64,000 nucleotides of DNA from Candidatus Eiseniibacteriota bacterium (GTDB taxonomy: Bacteria; Eisenbacteria; RBG-16-71-46): the NCBI GenBank assembly GCA_963725865.1, contig CAVSAC010000014.1, positions 384,001 through 448,000 on the forward strand, given 5' to 3'. Made by a program: the position numbers and the translations under genes. A model generated the notes under the pieces. The model was not told the DNA's origin, did no database searches, and worked only from the letters and a program-made list of their open reading frames with translations. Shown here one piece after another: positions 1-10,692 of this stretch (positions are counted from its first letter, which is position 1; every line of letters starts with the position of its first letter).

Positions 1-2382
1 GAGCCGCGCGCATCGCACTCGTCCTGGGGCGGCATGGGAAGTCTCATGACCTCCCCCAGAACGAAGTCGACCATCTGCACGAGCTGCGGGCGCCGGTAGT
101 TCCACAGGTCGAAGCCCGAGAACACGAACTCCGGGAACTCGAGACCGTGGTAATACGTCATCAGCGGCGTGCCCACCACGGAACCCGGCTTCGGCAACCC
201 CGTGAGCGGGTCGAGCCCGCCAATCTCCCACGCGCGCCCGAACGCGAGGACGGCCTCGGACTTCATCAGCGTGTCGAGCGTCGCCTGCTCGACCACGTTG
301 TCCGGCGCCGGGTCGATGTCCTCGAGGATCGAGTTCGGCTGGCTCAGGTATTCGAGCGCGACTCGGTACTGCGTGCGATAGAAGCTCGACGGAGTCAGCG
401 CGCGGGTCGCCGGCAGCGGATCCCCATCCGGCAGCGGCCCCTGGACCTTCGTGTTCTGGAGCACGGTCGGCAAGCCATTGTAGTCGGGAGCCGAGCGACC
501 GCCCGCCCAGGTCGGCATCGTCCAGCCGCCGATCGCCCGCACCGACTTCTTCATCTGCGGATCCGCGACCACGTAGTTCTGCAGCTCCGAGCGCCAATGC
601 ACGATGTCGTACATCATGCGTCCCGGCTGCAGCTCGGTCGGCTGGCGGTTGGAGTACGTGAATGTCGCGATGTCGTTGTTCGCGCTGTTGAACAGGTTCT
701 TGCACAGCGCGGTCGCCGCCCCACCGCCGGCGAGCCATACCTTACCGCCCTGCCGGACGTACGCCCCGAGCGTGTTGATCTTGCCGGGGCTGCTCATGTA
801 CACGAGTCCGTAGGCGCCGCCGAGCGGACTCACGAGCGTCGAGTTGGCATCGATGATCCAAACCACGTTCCGGTACTGACCGAGGATGGCGAGTCGCACG
901 GTCTTGTCGAGTCCGACGGTACTGGTGGTTCGATAGACGTTGAAATCGTACCCCGCGAAGATGCCGGGATCCGAGTTGCCGGCCGGAGTGACGCATTGCC
1001 ATGGGACTCCTCCGCGGGCGAACAGGAAGGAGTCGCATTCGGCTTCGTTCGGCCAGTTGCCCGTCGGTGGTCGCAGACATCCACCACCACCCGGCACTGG
1101 CGCCTCCGGTTGGAGTCGCACGTCGAAGACGATGAGGAGCGGCTTCTCGAACGTCGCCTGGATCACGGTCATGTGCACGATCCCGAGGCTCGCGAGTCCA
1201 TTGTTGTCGCGCGACTCGACGTAGAACAGATGCTCGCCCGGACCGAATGGGCCCACGGTCGCCGAGAGGACGCCGACACCGGCATCGCTCCAGTGCTTGA
1301 AGTCGTTCACGTCGGTCCGCGTGGCGTCGTTCGCGGGGTCGCCGTCCAGCATCCATCGATAGGACTCGATGATGGCTCCGGTCGGAGGCTCGGCGGACCA
1401 GTTGAACGTGATGGGCTGTTGAGCCGGCACCTCGAGATTCGTGTAGGCCGCCGGATCGTTGACCCAGCCGCCCTTGAGGCTGACCACGAAGAACTCGTTG
1501 TACATGGTGATCTTGGGACCGTTCGTGCTCGCGAAGCCCGGCCGCAGCCGCAGCATGTTCTGGGACAGGTCGAAGACCGGCGAGAAAGCCCCCGCCTCGT
1601 CGAACGCGACCACCACGAACAGGAAGTCCTGGTCCGCGTTCAGGCCCGTGAACTGATGGAAGGTGGTGTCCGCGCTGGTCGAGTCCCAGCCGGCCCAGGG
1701 TCCGGGGAGCGAGTGACTCGCCCAATCGTAGGCGTAGTAGTTGCGGAGCAGGCCGGATTGGTCACCGCCTGATCGATCGGGAATCCGCCGCCGCCGGGCC
1801 CAGCAGGAGGTACTTGTACTTCACCGGCTTCGACGTCAGCTGGCCATCCGGGTCGGTGCCATTCCAGGTGACGCGGACCGACGGCGTGCAGAAGATCGGG
1901 CCGAGACGATTCGGTCGCGGGTTGCTGATGGTCACGGTCGGGCACTGGGTGTACGAGTAGAACCCTCGACTGACGACGTCCGACGTGTCACCGCGATTGT
2001 CGACGGCGCACAGCGAGAACACGTGCGGCCGGGTCGCGATGCTGTTGTCCGCGTTCGAGGAGTCCGCCGTGAAGAACACGATCTGCTCGTTGTTCGTCGT
2101 GCGGATCCAACGGATCGTGGAGTCGAGGGCGGTCGGCGGATCGATCGCGTAGAGGAAGTAGTCGATGCGGCCGTCCGGATCGTTCCCGATCCAGTCGATC
2201 CGGTACGCGTAGAAGTACGACGAGGCACGCGACGTGTCGTACGGTGCCGCGGTCAGCCGAACGGTTGGCGGCAGGTTCGGCACCAGCCGATCCGTGATCT
2301 TCTTCGAGCAACCGGCGATGGTCGTTGCGGCCAGGGCCACCCCCGCCACGATGCCCGCCAGGGCGATGCGATGGGCGTTCAT
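1..2382 (-). CDS. Large lipoprotein with Ig/FN3-like repeats and a C-terminal class I GATase-like domain; runs off the left edge; two apparent single-base deletions near 1795 and 1752
   Basis: Signal peptide with lipobox (TIAGC). GxDPDG motif occurs twice. ORF 1762..2382 continues through a short second frame (PGGGGFPIDQAVTNP) into a third frame that I translated by hand and that stays open to the edge (LLRNYYAYDW...YRNVVW...LGAYVRQGGKVWLAGG...FSGFDLWNY). Confidence 0.75.
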
Positions 2383-4484
2383 TCTCCTGCACTCCTACCG
2401 TCTTGCATGGACCCCGGTCCGGGTTCATCAAGTGGAACGGTGATCGACGTCGATCCGCTCGGAGCCGGCGGCGGCGGCGGAACGATCACCGGGATGTTGT
2501 ACGTGCGACAGCGCCCCGAGCCCGACTGGAACTCGCAGTTCAGGCAGTCGCACACTTCGACCTCGAGCGTGACCGAGGTGCCGACCAGCCACGTCGGCAG
2601 CACGATGCTGAACGACGGAGTCGTGTGATACGGCTGAATGGCGTAGTCCGTGAACGTCGTGTCGGAGCCGGTCGGGCCCACGCCGTGGACGATCACGCGG
2701 TAGCGCGGCGCCGCCTGGGTCGGTCCGCCCGTCGGGGGCGAGATCGAGGAGACGTCGTACGGATCCAGATCGGTCGAGACCAGGTTCACGTCGAGCGAGC
2801 GGCTGAAGTACTGCGTACCCGGCCTGGGCTTGAAGCCGCCATCGGTCAACACCAGCTCGGGGCTGTGATCCACGTAGAACGTGAGGATCTTGCGCCGCAG
2901 CGCGCGCAGTGAGTCGTTGCCGCCCGTGAGGTTCCGGCCCACGATCTGGACGATCTCGGGGACGTTGAGATCAGGGACCTCCTCGTCCAGCCCACCCACC
3001 GCGCGGCCGTGCCCATCCTCGGCACGCGCGAACATGTAGGCCTGGCCCGCCACGTTGCACGTCCAGTACTTCGCCATCGTCACGTTCTCGGGGCGCTGGA
3101 CGTTGGTGGGATCGAAGATCGGATAGAGGCCGCTCTGGGGGTTCTGCGACAACGAGCCGCTCGGGACCTTGGTCACCGAGAGATTCGCCCGGAAGCCGAT
3201 CGGCGACCCATTCGAGGGCCCCCGCTGGAGCACCGGCGGGGTCTCACCGTAGGTGGCTATCAGGTCGATGAGCTCAGGATCGAACGCACTGACCTTCACC
3301 AGGTACGGGGAGTCGGGATCGAGTCCGCCGTTGTGACAGATCACCCACGAGTTCATGTTGACGGTGTCGTACTCGCTGTGGACGTAGATCCGACACTTGT
3401 AGATCTCGAAGAAGGTCTTCCGCTCCGGGCGCAGCGCGGGATAGACGTAGACCGAGTCGCGGCTGAGCTGGCTGCCGGTGAAGCCGCCGCCAGGCAGTCC
3501 GCCCGGCGTGCAGATGTCGTAGTACCGGTAGCCGCTGCCCGCTTCGACCTGATTGAACTGGGGCGAGTTCGGGTCCGGCCCCGCGAACCAGGTGTCCGGC
3601 TTCAGGTTGAACTGGAAGCGGCGCCTCGCCTCGCCCTTCCAGCCGGCCTGGTCGATCGCGCGCAGGGTGAAGCTCTTTCGTCCCGGTCCCACCGCATCGG
3701 TCGCGCCGGTGTTGTAGGTCACGACGTCCGTGGAGGAATCCACATCGACGAAGTCGGTCTCGTCGAGCTTGTAGCGGAAGCTCACCGCGGGATTCCCGAC
3801 GACCACCGGCTCGGATCGCCAGCCGAAATCCAGTCGCGCGGTGGCGGGCACGGAATCCTGCGGGATGCTCGAGTCGATCAGGCTGTCGGTGATGTCGTAG
3901 GTGTGCGTGACCTGCATCAGGCCGCCACCGAACGCCCGCTCCCAGACGACGCCCGTTCCGCGCGCCTGTTCGAAGTAGATCAGCGGGGGGTACTTGTCGA
4001 TCGCGTTGAAGATCACGCGCGCGGGCGTCGCATCGGGCTTGCCGTCGTTGTCCACCGCGTAGATGAAGAACGCGTGCTGCCGATCAGGCCGGATCTCGGA
4101 GGCGGAGAAGATGAAGGTGCTGTCGGTCCTTGAGGTGAACCGATAGTCGCTGGGCTTCGGTCCCGGCAGAGAAGGCAGCGGCCCGGACCCGAGCGGGTTG
4201 TAGGGCAGCGTCTCCACGACGGCGTAGTAGAAGCCCGCGATGTCGCCATCCGGGTCCGAGCCAGCCCAGTAGAGATGGAACTTGAATGGGATGGTCGTGG
4301 GCCCCCCGCCAGGAAGCGGAGCTCCGCCCGCGTTCTTGATCGTGATCGTGTCCTGGGGGGCAGCCGTGATCCAGGTTTCTGGTGGCTGATTGCGGTCGGC
4401 GTTCGGGGCCAGCGCCTTGCGGCACCCCACGCCGATCAACGATGTCAGAAGCAGGCACAGCACGAGCCCGTTACGAAAGCGCAT
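2379..4484 (-). CDS. Large lipoprotein (701 aa), paralogue of the adjacent gene
   Basis: Lipobox LIGVGC. N-terminus NQPPETWITAAP...WAGSDPDGDIAGFYYAV resembles the neighbour's NLPPTVRLTAAP...WIGNDPDGRIDYFLYAI. Stop overlaps the next start. Confidence 0.85.
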   Translation of the reverse strand: MRFRNGLVLCLLLTSLIGVGCRKALAPNADRNQPPETWITAAPQDTITIKNAGGAPLPGGGPTTIPFKFHLYWAGSDPDGDIAGFYYAVVETLPYNPLGSGPLPSLPGPKPSDYRFTSRTDSTFIFSASEIRPDRQHAFFIYAVDNDGKPDATPARVIFNAIDKYPPLIYFEQARGTGVVWERAFGGGLMQVTHTYDITDSLIDSSIPQDSVPATARLDFGWRSEPVVVGNPAVSFRYKLDETDFVDVDSSTDVVTYNTGATDAVGPGRKSFTLRAIDQAGWKGEARRRFQFNLKPDTWFAGPDPNSPQFNQVEAGSGYRYYDICTPGGLPGGGFTGSQLSRDSVYVYPALRPERKTFFEIYKCRIYVHSEYDTVNMNSWVICHNGGLDPDSPYLVKVSAFDPELIDLIATYGETPPVLQRGPSNGSPIGFRANLSVTKVPSGSLSQNPQSGLYPIFDPTNVQRPENVTMAKYWTCNVAGQAYMFARAEDGHGRAVGGLDEEVPDLNVPEIVQIVGRNLTGGNDSLRALRRKILTFYVDHSPELVLTDGGFKPRPGTQYFSRSLDVNLVSTDLDPYDVSSISPPTGGPTQAAPRYRVIVHGVGPTGSDTTFTDYAIQPYHTTPSFSIVLPTWLVGTSVTLEVEVCDCLNCEFQSGSGRCRTYNIPVIVPPPPPAPSGSTSITVPLDEPGPGSMQDGRSAGE

Positions 4485-4529
4485 TCACGCCCCCCGGCAC
4501 GCCCAGTCATGTGAAGGGAAGTGAGTTGG

Positions 4530-4558
4530 ACGCTAACAGTCCGCTCTGGTCGCGTCAA
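4530..4558 (-). promoter_or_regulatory. sigma70-type promoter TTGACG-N17-TAGCGT for the lipoprotein pair
   Basis: Read on the minus strand about 45 nt upstream of the 4484 start. Confidence 0.55.
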
Positions 4559-4682
4559 GCCGATTGACTGTCCGGGCTTGCGTTCCCGGAGCCTTGCGTC
4601 CGACCGGATGTCGCGGCGATGCCCTTGGGGAGTAGCCCGTATCGACGAAACGGCGGGCGTCGCTTCCAACCACCACAAAGCA

Positions 4683-4710
4683 GAAGGGCGGGGCTTGCGC
4701 CCCGCCCTTC
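4683..4710 (-). terminator. Rho-independent terminator hairpin
   Basis: GAAGGGCGGGGC-4nt-GCCCCGCCCTTC, a perfect 12-bp stem followed by TGCTTTGT on the minus strand, just after the stop at 4728. Confidence 0.8.
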
Positions 4711-4727
4711 CACGGTACGACTCGACG

Positions 4728-7700
4728 TCAGTTGAGCACGATCATCTTGTTGGCGCTCTGGAAGTTCTGCCCCGCGAACGTCGTCTTCGCGAAGTAGACA
4801 CCCCGCGGCACCAGCTGGCCGTGATCATCCGCGCCGTCCCACACCAGGCGGTGCTCGCCAGCCGGGAACACGCGATCCGCGAGCGTGCGGATGCGGCGAC
4901 CGGAGACGTCATACACCACCAGCTGGACACGGTCGGACTTCGCGAGACCGAAGAACACCAGCGCCTGACGGTTCTCGACAGGGTTGTTCCCGAGCTTCAC
5001 GAAGTTGACGAAACGAGTGTTGTTCGGCGTTTCGAGCGTGGTCGACGGCGCACCGCGCACGGTGCAGAAGGTGCCGAACACGTTCAGCGCGTTGTAGTAG
5101 TACGCGAGACGACCCTTGCTCGTCATGTCGAACCGACCCGTCAGGTTGACGATGTCGAATCCGTCGAACAGCGAGACCCAGGGACGGCCCGCGACCGACT
5201 TCTTCAGCACGCCAGCGGGGAAGGTGGAAGCCCCCACCGCGGTGTACTGGCCCGACACGCTCGCTTCGGTCAGGGCCGGGTTGAGGATCAGCACGTCGTT
5301 CGTGTAGGTGCAGCCGTTGCGAACGCCGTAGATATCGCCCGTGGGGGAGATATCGGTGCTGACCTTCAGATCCGACCACTGCTCGAAGTTCGCCGCCAGC
5401 GACCGATACGACTGGAAGTAGAAATCGAATCCCAGGTAGTCGGTCATGAACGCTTCCTGCTCGAGGCTCGTGTTCCAAGCGGACTCCGCGAAGCCGTCGC
5501 CCTGGATCATGATGCCGCGCGGTGCACCCAGCGTGGCACCCAGCAGCCAGTTCTGAAGCAGCGTCACGTCATCCTGCGAGCGATCGTCGAACGGACCGAT
5601 CACACCCGAGTTCAGGTCACCCGAGAGGATGATGAGGACCTTGTAGTACGCGTCCAGCATCTCGGGCGTCGGAGCCATACGAGCGTACTTGTTGTGCACG
5701 AGGTTCGTCGGCGACGGGTCGGTGTAAGCGAGACGGCCGCCCAGGGCGCCCGCGCTCGTGGTCAGCGACTCCGAAGCCTTCACGCCGTACATGTCCCACG
5801 TGCTGCCGGGCTGGCCACCATGTGAGGAGACGTAGTAGGCCGGCGTGTTCAGGCTGACGCCCGCGGGCACGCCACCCCAACCGTTGTGAGCGCCACGACG
5901 AGTCGCCGCGGTCGCGCCGATCGAGTCGGCCACCGAGACAAACACGCGCTCGTCACCACGACGGTCATTGAGGTCGACGTACAGGGCGCACGCCATCGTC
6001 GAACCAGGCGTGAAGTTTGCGTCCTTCCAACGATCCGGAAGAACACCGAACTGCTGCCACCGGTGGGCGTCGAAGCTCGGGCCCTCCGAGGACTGCGGGA
6101 ACACGGTGTTGGTATCCGGGCACATATCGAACACGGCAGGATTGGCGACCGTGCGCTTCGTGAAGAAGTACTCCACGTGAGCGCCAGGCGTCAGCAGACC
6201 GTCAGGAAGGATCTGCGTGGCCTCGACCGAGTTCGCATTGCCGTCGTACCCCGCGCGCGCCGCGAGAGGCGCGTTCAGCAGCCACGCCGGCACGGTGCTG
6301 CAGGTGACGTTCGCCGCGGTGGTGCCACCGAGCGTGTCGACGATGAAGCACTTGTGCTTCGAGATACCCAGAGTCGTGTAGTGAGCATCTGACTCGTGGA
6401 AGCTCGACATCCAGACGTTGGCATCCAGCTTGTCGTTGGTGCCGACATCGCCGAAGCCACGCGCCGCGACCGGGAACAGCCCGACCTGAGCGGTGTCGCA
6501 GCGAGCGCTACGCCACACGTTCGGGTTCCAGCCACCCGGCCAGCCCGCGTCGAGAGCCGCAGAACCAGGGGTCGCGAACTCGCCCGGGGTGGAGATGAAC
6601 TGACCCCAGAACGAACCGGCACCCGCCGCCGCCGTGCTGGTCGGAACGGCACGCAGCCCGCTCGTCGGCACGCCGATGGTGATGTAGTTGCCGACGCCCG
6701 GCTTGATGCGGAAGACCATGTCCAAACGGATCGGCTCCGTCGGGCTGTCCGCCGCATTGATGACGACCGAGTCACCAGGAACGTCGTAACGGAATGCGTC
6801 ACCAGTGGTCTGCGCGATGTTGAATCCCGTACGAAGGAGGGCCGAGGTCGTGTCGAAATTCGCCGTACCCGGCAGACCCGCGGTCTCATTGAACGGGAAC
6901 GCATCGTTGATCCAGTTCCAGATGTCCACCGACATGGCCTGCGGCGTTCCGTCGATGATCGCGAACGACGTGTTGTCCATGTAGGCGCCGTCCGTCGGCG
7001 AGCAGCCCGTCGTGACGCCGAAGCGGTAGCACTGCTGGAGCTTGCGAAGGCTGATGCGGATCGAGTCCGGACGCGCCAGGCCCGAGCCGTTCGCCGACAG
7101 GATCTGGCCCTGCGAGCCCAGGTCCTCGAGCGACGAATAGCACTGCACCAGCGGATTGAAATAGAGGAACTGCGGCAGCCGCTGCTCGCCCCAGTTGGGC
7201 GTGCCGGGTGCCGGGCCACCCGCCACCTGCAACGCAGGATAGGTCTGGCAGGTGAACTGCCAGGCATTGCCCTGGTTGAAGATGTCGAAGATGCCCATGT
7301 AGAACTCGTACTGCATGTGGTAGCCCTGCGTCGGGGTCGCCTGCTCCAGCGTGAGGCCGAAGCTGTTCGGCACACCCGAGGCCGCCACGAGTCCGATGGT
7401 CGGCGACACGATGCCCCAGTTACCTTCCTCTTCGGTGGTACCCGGGAGTCCGCCGGCAGCCTCGCCAGCGTCGTGGTCGCCCATCGAAACCACACCACCG
7501 CGCATGTCGCAGATGCGGTAGATGCTGTTGATGTCACCGCAGACATCGTTCCAAGCCAGCGTGTTCAGATCGTGCTGGTGGAAGTAGATGGCCGGCGGCT
7601 TGCCCGTCGAATGCCACGCCGCGGAGGCCGCCACCGAGTTGTCGATGGAGCCTGCTAGCCTCGAAGTCTCCGATCGAGACCGGGCCAGCGCCCAGGTCGA

Positions 7701-8973
7701 TCGTGACATCGTCCACCTGCGCAGCGCCCCTGCCCTGCGAGGTGAAGGTCGCCGGACCCGATTCATCCGAGCTGCCGGCGTTGGTGTGGACACGGAACAC
7801 GACACGCAGCGTGTTGTTGCCGCCGGCCTTGAGGGCCGCGACATTCGCCGCGCTGATCGTGATGCTCTGGGTCGAAGCGGCGTTGGAGCCCGCGGCGCCA
7901 TACACCCACAGGCGCTGACCCTTCGTGAGGACTTCATTGAACCAGCGGCGCAGCGGATCGTAGATCGTGCGCGAGACATTGTCCGACGCGACGAACGTAC
8001 CTTCCACCGGCTTGCCCACGTAGACCTGGAACGAGTCGATCGGGGCCTCCGCGTTCGCGGGGGTGCCGGCTTCCGCCGAGACGAAGTTGCCCGGGGTGAT
8101 CGCGTTCACGGTCAGCGGGTCACCCTCGAACCAACCCGTGCGGGACGCCGGGGTGGTCCCCTTCAGCGTCGACATCTCGGTCGCGTACTTGAAGCCCAGC
8201 GTGATCGCACCGGCCGCCGACGTGATGTCGACGTCGCGGTACAGCATCTGATCCATCTGCGCGCCGTAGCCCGGGAACGTCTTGCTGGTGCCCGTCCCGA
8301 TACCACCGGAGCCGTTGAAGATCAGAGCGTCCACGTTGAACGGATTGCCCGTGATCGCATCGGACACGGTCAGGTCGTTGTGCTGACGCAGACCCATCCA
8401 CGCGGAGAACGAGCCGCCCAGCGGCGCCCAGTTGACGCCGGTGCCACCCGTGCCCTGAGGTCCAGGGACGGTGTTGCCCGGGTCACGGTGCCACACGCCG
8501 ACCACACCGAAGGTGCGCTTGAAGCCAGCACCCTGGTTGATCACGTAGTTGGCCTGGTTACCGTTCTCGATGGCCCACCACGGACGATTCTCGTCCGTAC
8601 GGACGGCGCCCGAGGCGTTGGTGTGAGGGAAACGTACCGGCCACCAGCCCTGAAGGCTGTCGCCGTGAATCGGGTTATCCCACTCCCAGTTGCCGGTGGT
8701 GAACGGCGTGGGACGGTTGGGACCGGGACCGACTTGCCAGTAGTTGGTGACACCCGCGGCCGTGCTGAAACCGACCCACGTGGTATCGCCGACACCGGCG
8801 GTTCCGGAGACGCCCTGCCGGGCCGCTGCGCTGCGCGCCTGGATCTGGAGCTGGGCATTGTTCAGCTTGAGGCCGAACTGATCCCCACCTTCCATTTCCG
8901 CCGCGAACGCCGCCGTCGCCAAGCAAGTCGCCGCTCCCGCGAGGAGAAGCAGCGCGACGAACGACTTCCTCAT
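4728..8973 (-). CDS. ~1414-aa secreted surface protein with a C-terminal FlgD Ig-like domain; split by a one-base insertion near 7656
   Basis: GGAGGT RBS and signal peptide MRKSFVALLLLAGAATCLATAAFA. ORFs 7534..9006 and 4728..7979 join as GDFEA-AGSIDNSV if one base is removed. C-terminus VYDVSGRRIRTL...VWDGADDHGQLVPRGVYF. Confidence 0.8.
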
Positions 8974-9317
8974 GTGACTACCTCCATCGTCGCAATGCAT
9001 GGGCAATGCGAAGTCTTCCGAAGTACGGATTGCGAGCGAGGTGTCTCAGAAAACAAAGCCGCCGACGGGTCTCGAATGAATCTCATGCGAGAACTCCCTC
9101 GGCAGTCTGCTGCACGAGTACCGATCCCCCCTTTCCGCTGTCGCGCTCGGACCCTTAGGCAGTTCGGGCCGCACGCGACACTGTGATTGCGCGTGAACTC
9201 GTACGGAGTCGACATGAAGCGGCACGCCGCTGCCAGCGCATCGGACCATGACGACCGCGGAACTCGAGGTGCATCTGGGGGTTTTCAAGACGCACCAACT
9301 ACCCCAGCACGAGTCAG

Positions 9318-9358
9318 AGGCTAGGCCCCCTGACAGGGTTCTGTCAATCCGTTTTTTT
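9318..9358 (-). promoter_or_regulatory. sigma70 promoter TTGACA-N18-TAGCCT with an upstream A-tract and an overlapping palindrome TGACAG-N4-CTGTCA (9331-9346)
   Basis: Direct reading. The same -35/-10 pair and spacing occurs upstream of the HU gene. Confidence 0.7.
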
Positions 9359-9384
9359 GCTGGGACTTGGCAGGATAGCCCGGT

Positions 9385-10692
9385 TCATGTCGAGAGTCTG
9401 ACACGCCGCGCCGCGATCGAGTCCAGCCACTGTGGGTCCTGGCTCGCCACCATCACCGGCGTCGTGAGCGAATGGCGCAGAATCGCGGCGGCAGCGGCGG
9501 CCCGCCGTGAGCGGTCGAGCCCGGCGGTCGGCTCGTCCAGCAGCAGCAGTCCGGCCGGCGCCGTGAGGGCCCCGACCAGCTGGACCACCCGCTTCTCGCC
9601 GCCCGAGAGCCCCCACACGCGCCGCCCCTCGAGGGCGCCGCAGCCGAGCTCCTCCAGCAGGGCAACGGCTGTATCGACCGCAGCTTGGCGCTTCGCTCCT
9701 CGCTGGACGGCGGCCCACGTCACTTCGGCCAGAACCTGCTCTTCGAAGATCTCGTGTTCCGGGTACTGGGTCGCGAGCAGCGGTGGATCCTCGAGGGTTC
9801 GCCGCCAGTCCACCCGCACCTGAGGCAGCTCGATCGCACCGGCGATCGCGGCGAGCAGGACGCTCTTGCCGGCGCCATTGGGCCCCTCGAGGGCGGTCAC
9901 GCCGGCGGCGGCCACCTCGATCGAGAGCGGAGCGGCGACGGGCACCCGCGGACCGTGGCAGGACGGCGGCGGGGCAACCTCGACGACGACGAGCGCGGGT
10001 TGGACACCCGGAGGCCCGGACTCGGCCCGGAAGGCCGGGTGGCTCACCCCATCGAGTTCGCCGATGATGAGTTCGCGATGCGCCGCCGCGCGCTCCTGTG
10101 GGTCCTGGGTCACCCAGACCAGCGCGAGTCCCTCGGCCACTTCCTGACGCAGGACCTCGAGCACCCGACCGCGGGTTGCGGCGTCGAGATGCGCCCCCGC
10201 CTCGTCGGCGATCAACAGCCGCGGCCGCGCCGCGAGCGCCGCAGCGAGGAGCACCAACTGTTGCCGGCCGGCGGAGAGTTCGCGCGGGTCGCGTTCCAGG
10301 TCCGCCGTGAGGTCCAACTGCTCCGACAGTCGCGCGATCTCCCGCGCGACCTCGCCGGGCGCGCGTCCGAGATTGCGCGGCGCCATTGCGAGTTCCGCGG
10401 CGACCGTCGACTGGAGGAGCTGGATCCCCGGGTCCTGCATCACCACCGCGACCGCCGCGCGCGCCGCGGCGGGCGCCCCCGGCTGCAACGGTCGCCCCTC
10501 GAACTCCACGACGCCGCGCTGCGCGGGCCACAGTCCGCCCAGCACCATCGCCAGCGTGGTCTTGCCACCCCCGTTGGGCCCGTGGAGCGCGATCCACTCG
10601 CCGGCGCCCACCTCTAGAGAGACGCCCCGGACCGCGGGGTCCGGGGCTCCGGGCGGCGCGGCCCACACGTCGCGGGCACTCAGGCCACTCAC
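9385..10692 (-). CDS. Duplicated-domain ECF/CbiO-type ABC ATPase
   Basis: Two Walker A motifs (GPNGGGKT, GPNGAGKS) and signatures LSAGRQQ and LSGGEKR. The GTG start overlaps the larC stop. Confidence 0.8.
   Translation of the reverse strand: MSGLSARDVWAAPPGAPDPAVRGVSLEVGAGEWIALHGPNGGGKTTLAMVLGGLWPAQRGVVEFEGRPLQPGAPAAARAAVAVVMQDPGIQLLQSTVAAELAMAPRNLGRAPGEVAREIARLSEQLDLTADLERDPRELSAGRQQLVLLAAALAARPRLLIADEAGAHLDAATRGRVLEVLRQEVAEGLALVWVTQDPQERAAAHRELIIGELDGVSHPAFRAESGPPGVQPALVVVEVAPPPSCHGPRVPVAAPLSIEVAAAGVTALEGPNGAGKSVLLAAIAGAIELPQVRVDWRRTLEDPPLLATQYPEHEIFEEQVLAEVTWAAVQRGAKRQAAVDTAVALLEELGCGALEGRRVWGLSGGEKRVVQLVGALTAPAGLLLLDEPTAGLDRSRRAAAAAAILRHSLTTPVMVASQDPQWLDSIAARRVRLST

Noticed and set aside
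7640..7670. Programmed frameshift or readthrough in the giant surface protein
   Set aside because: No slippery sequence was seen, and similar indels elsewhere point to sequencing error.
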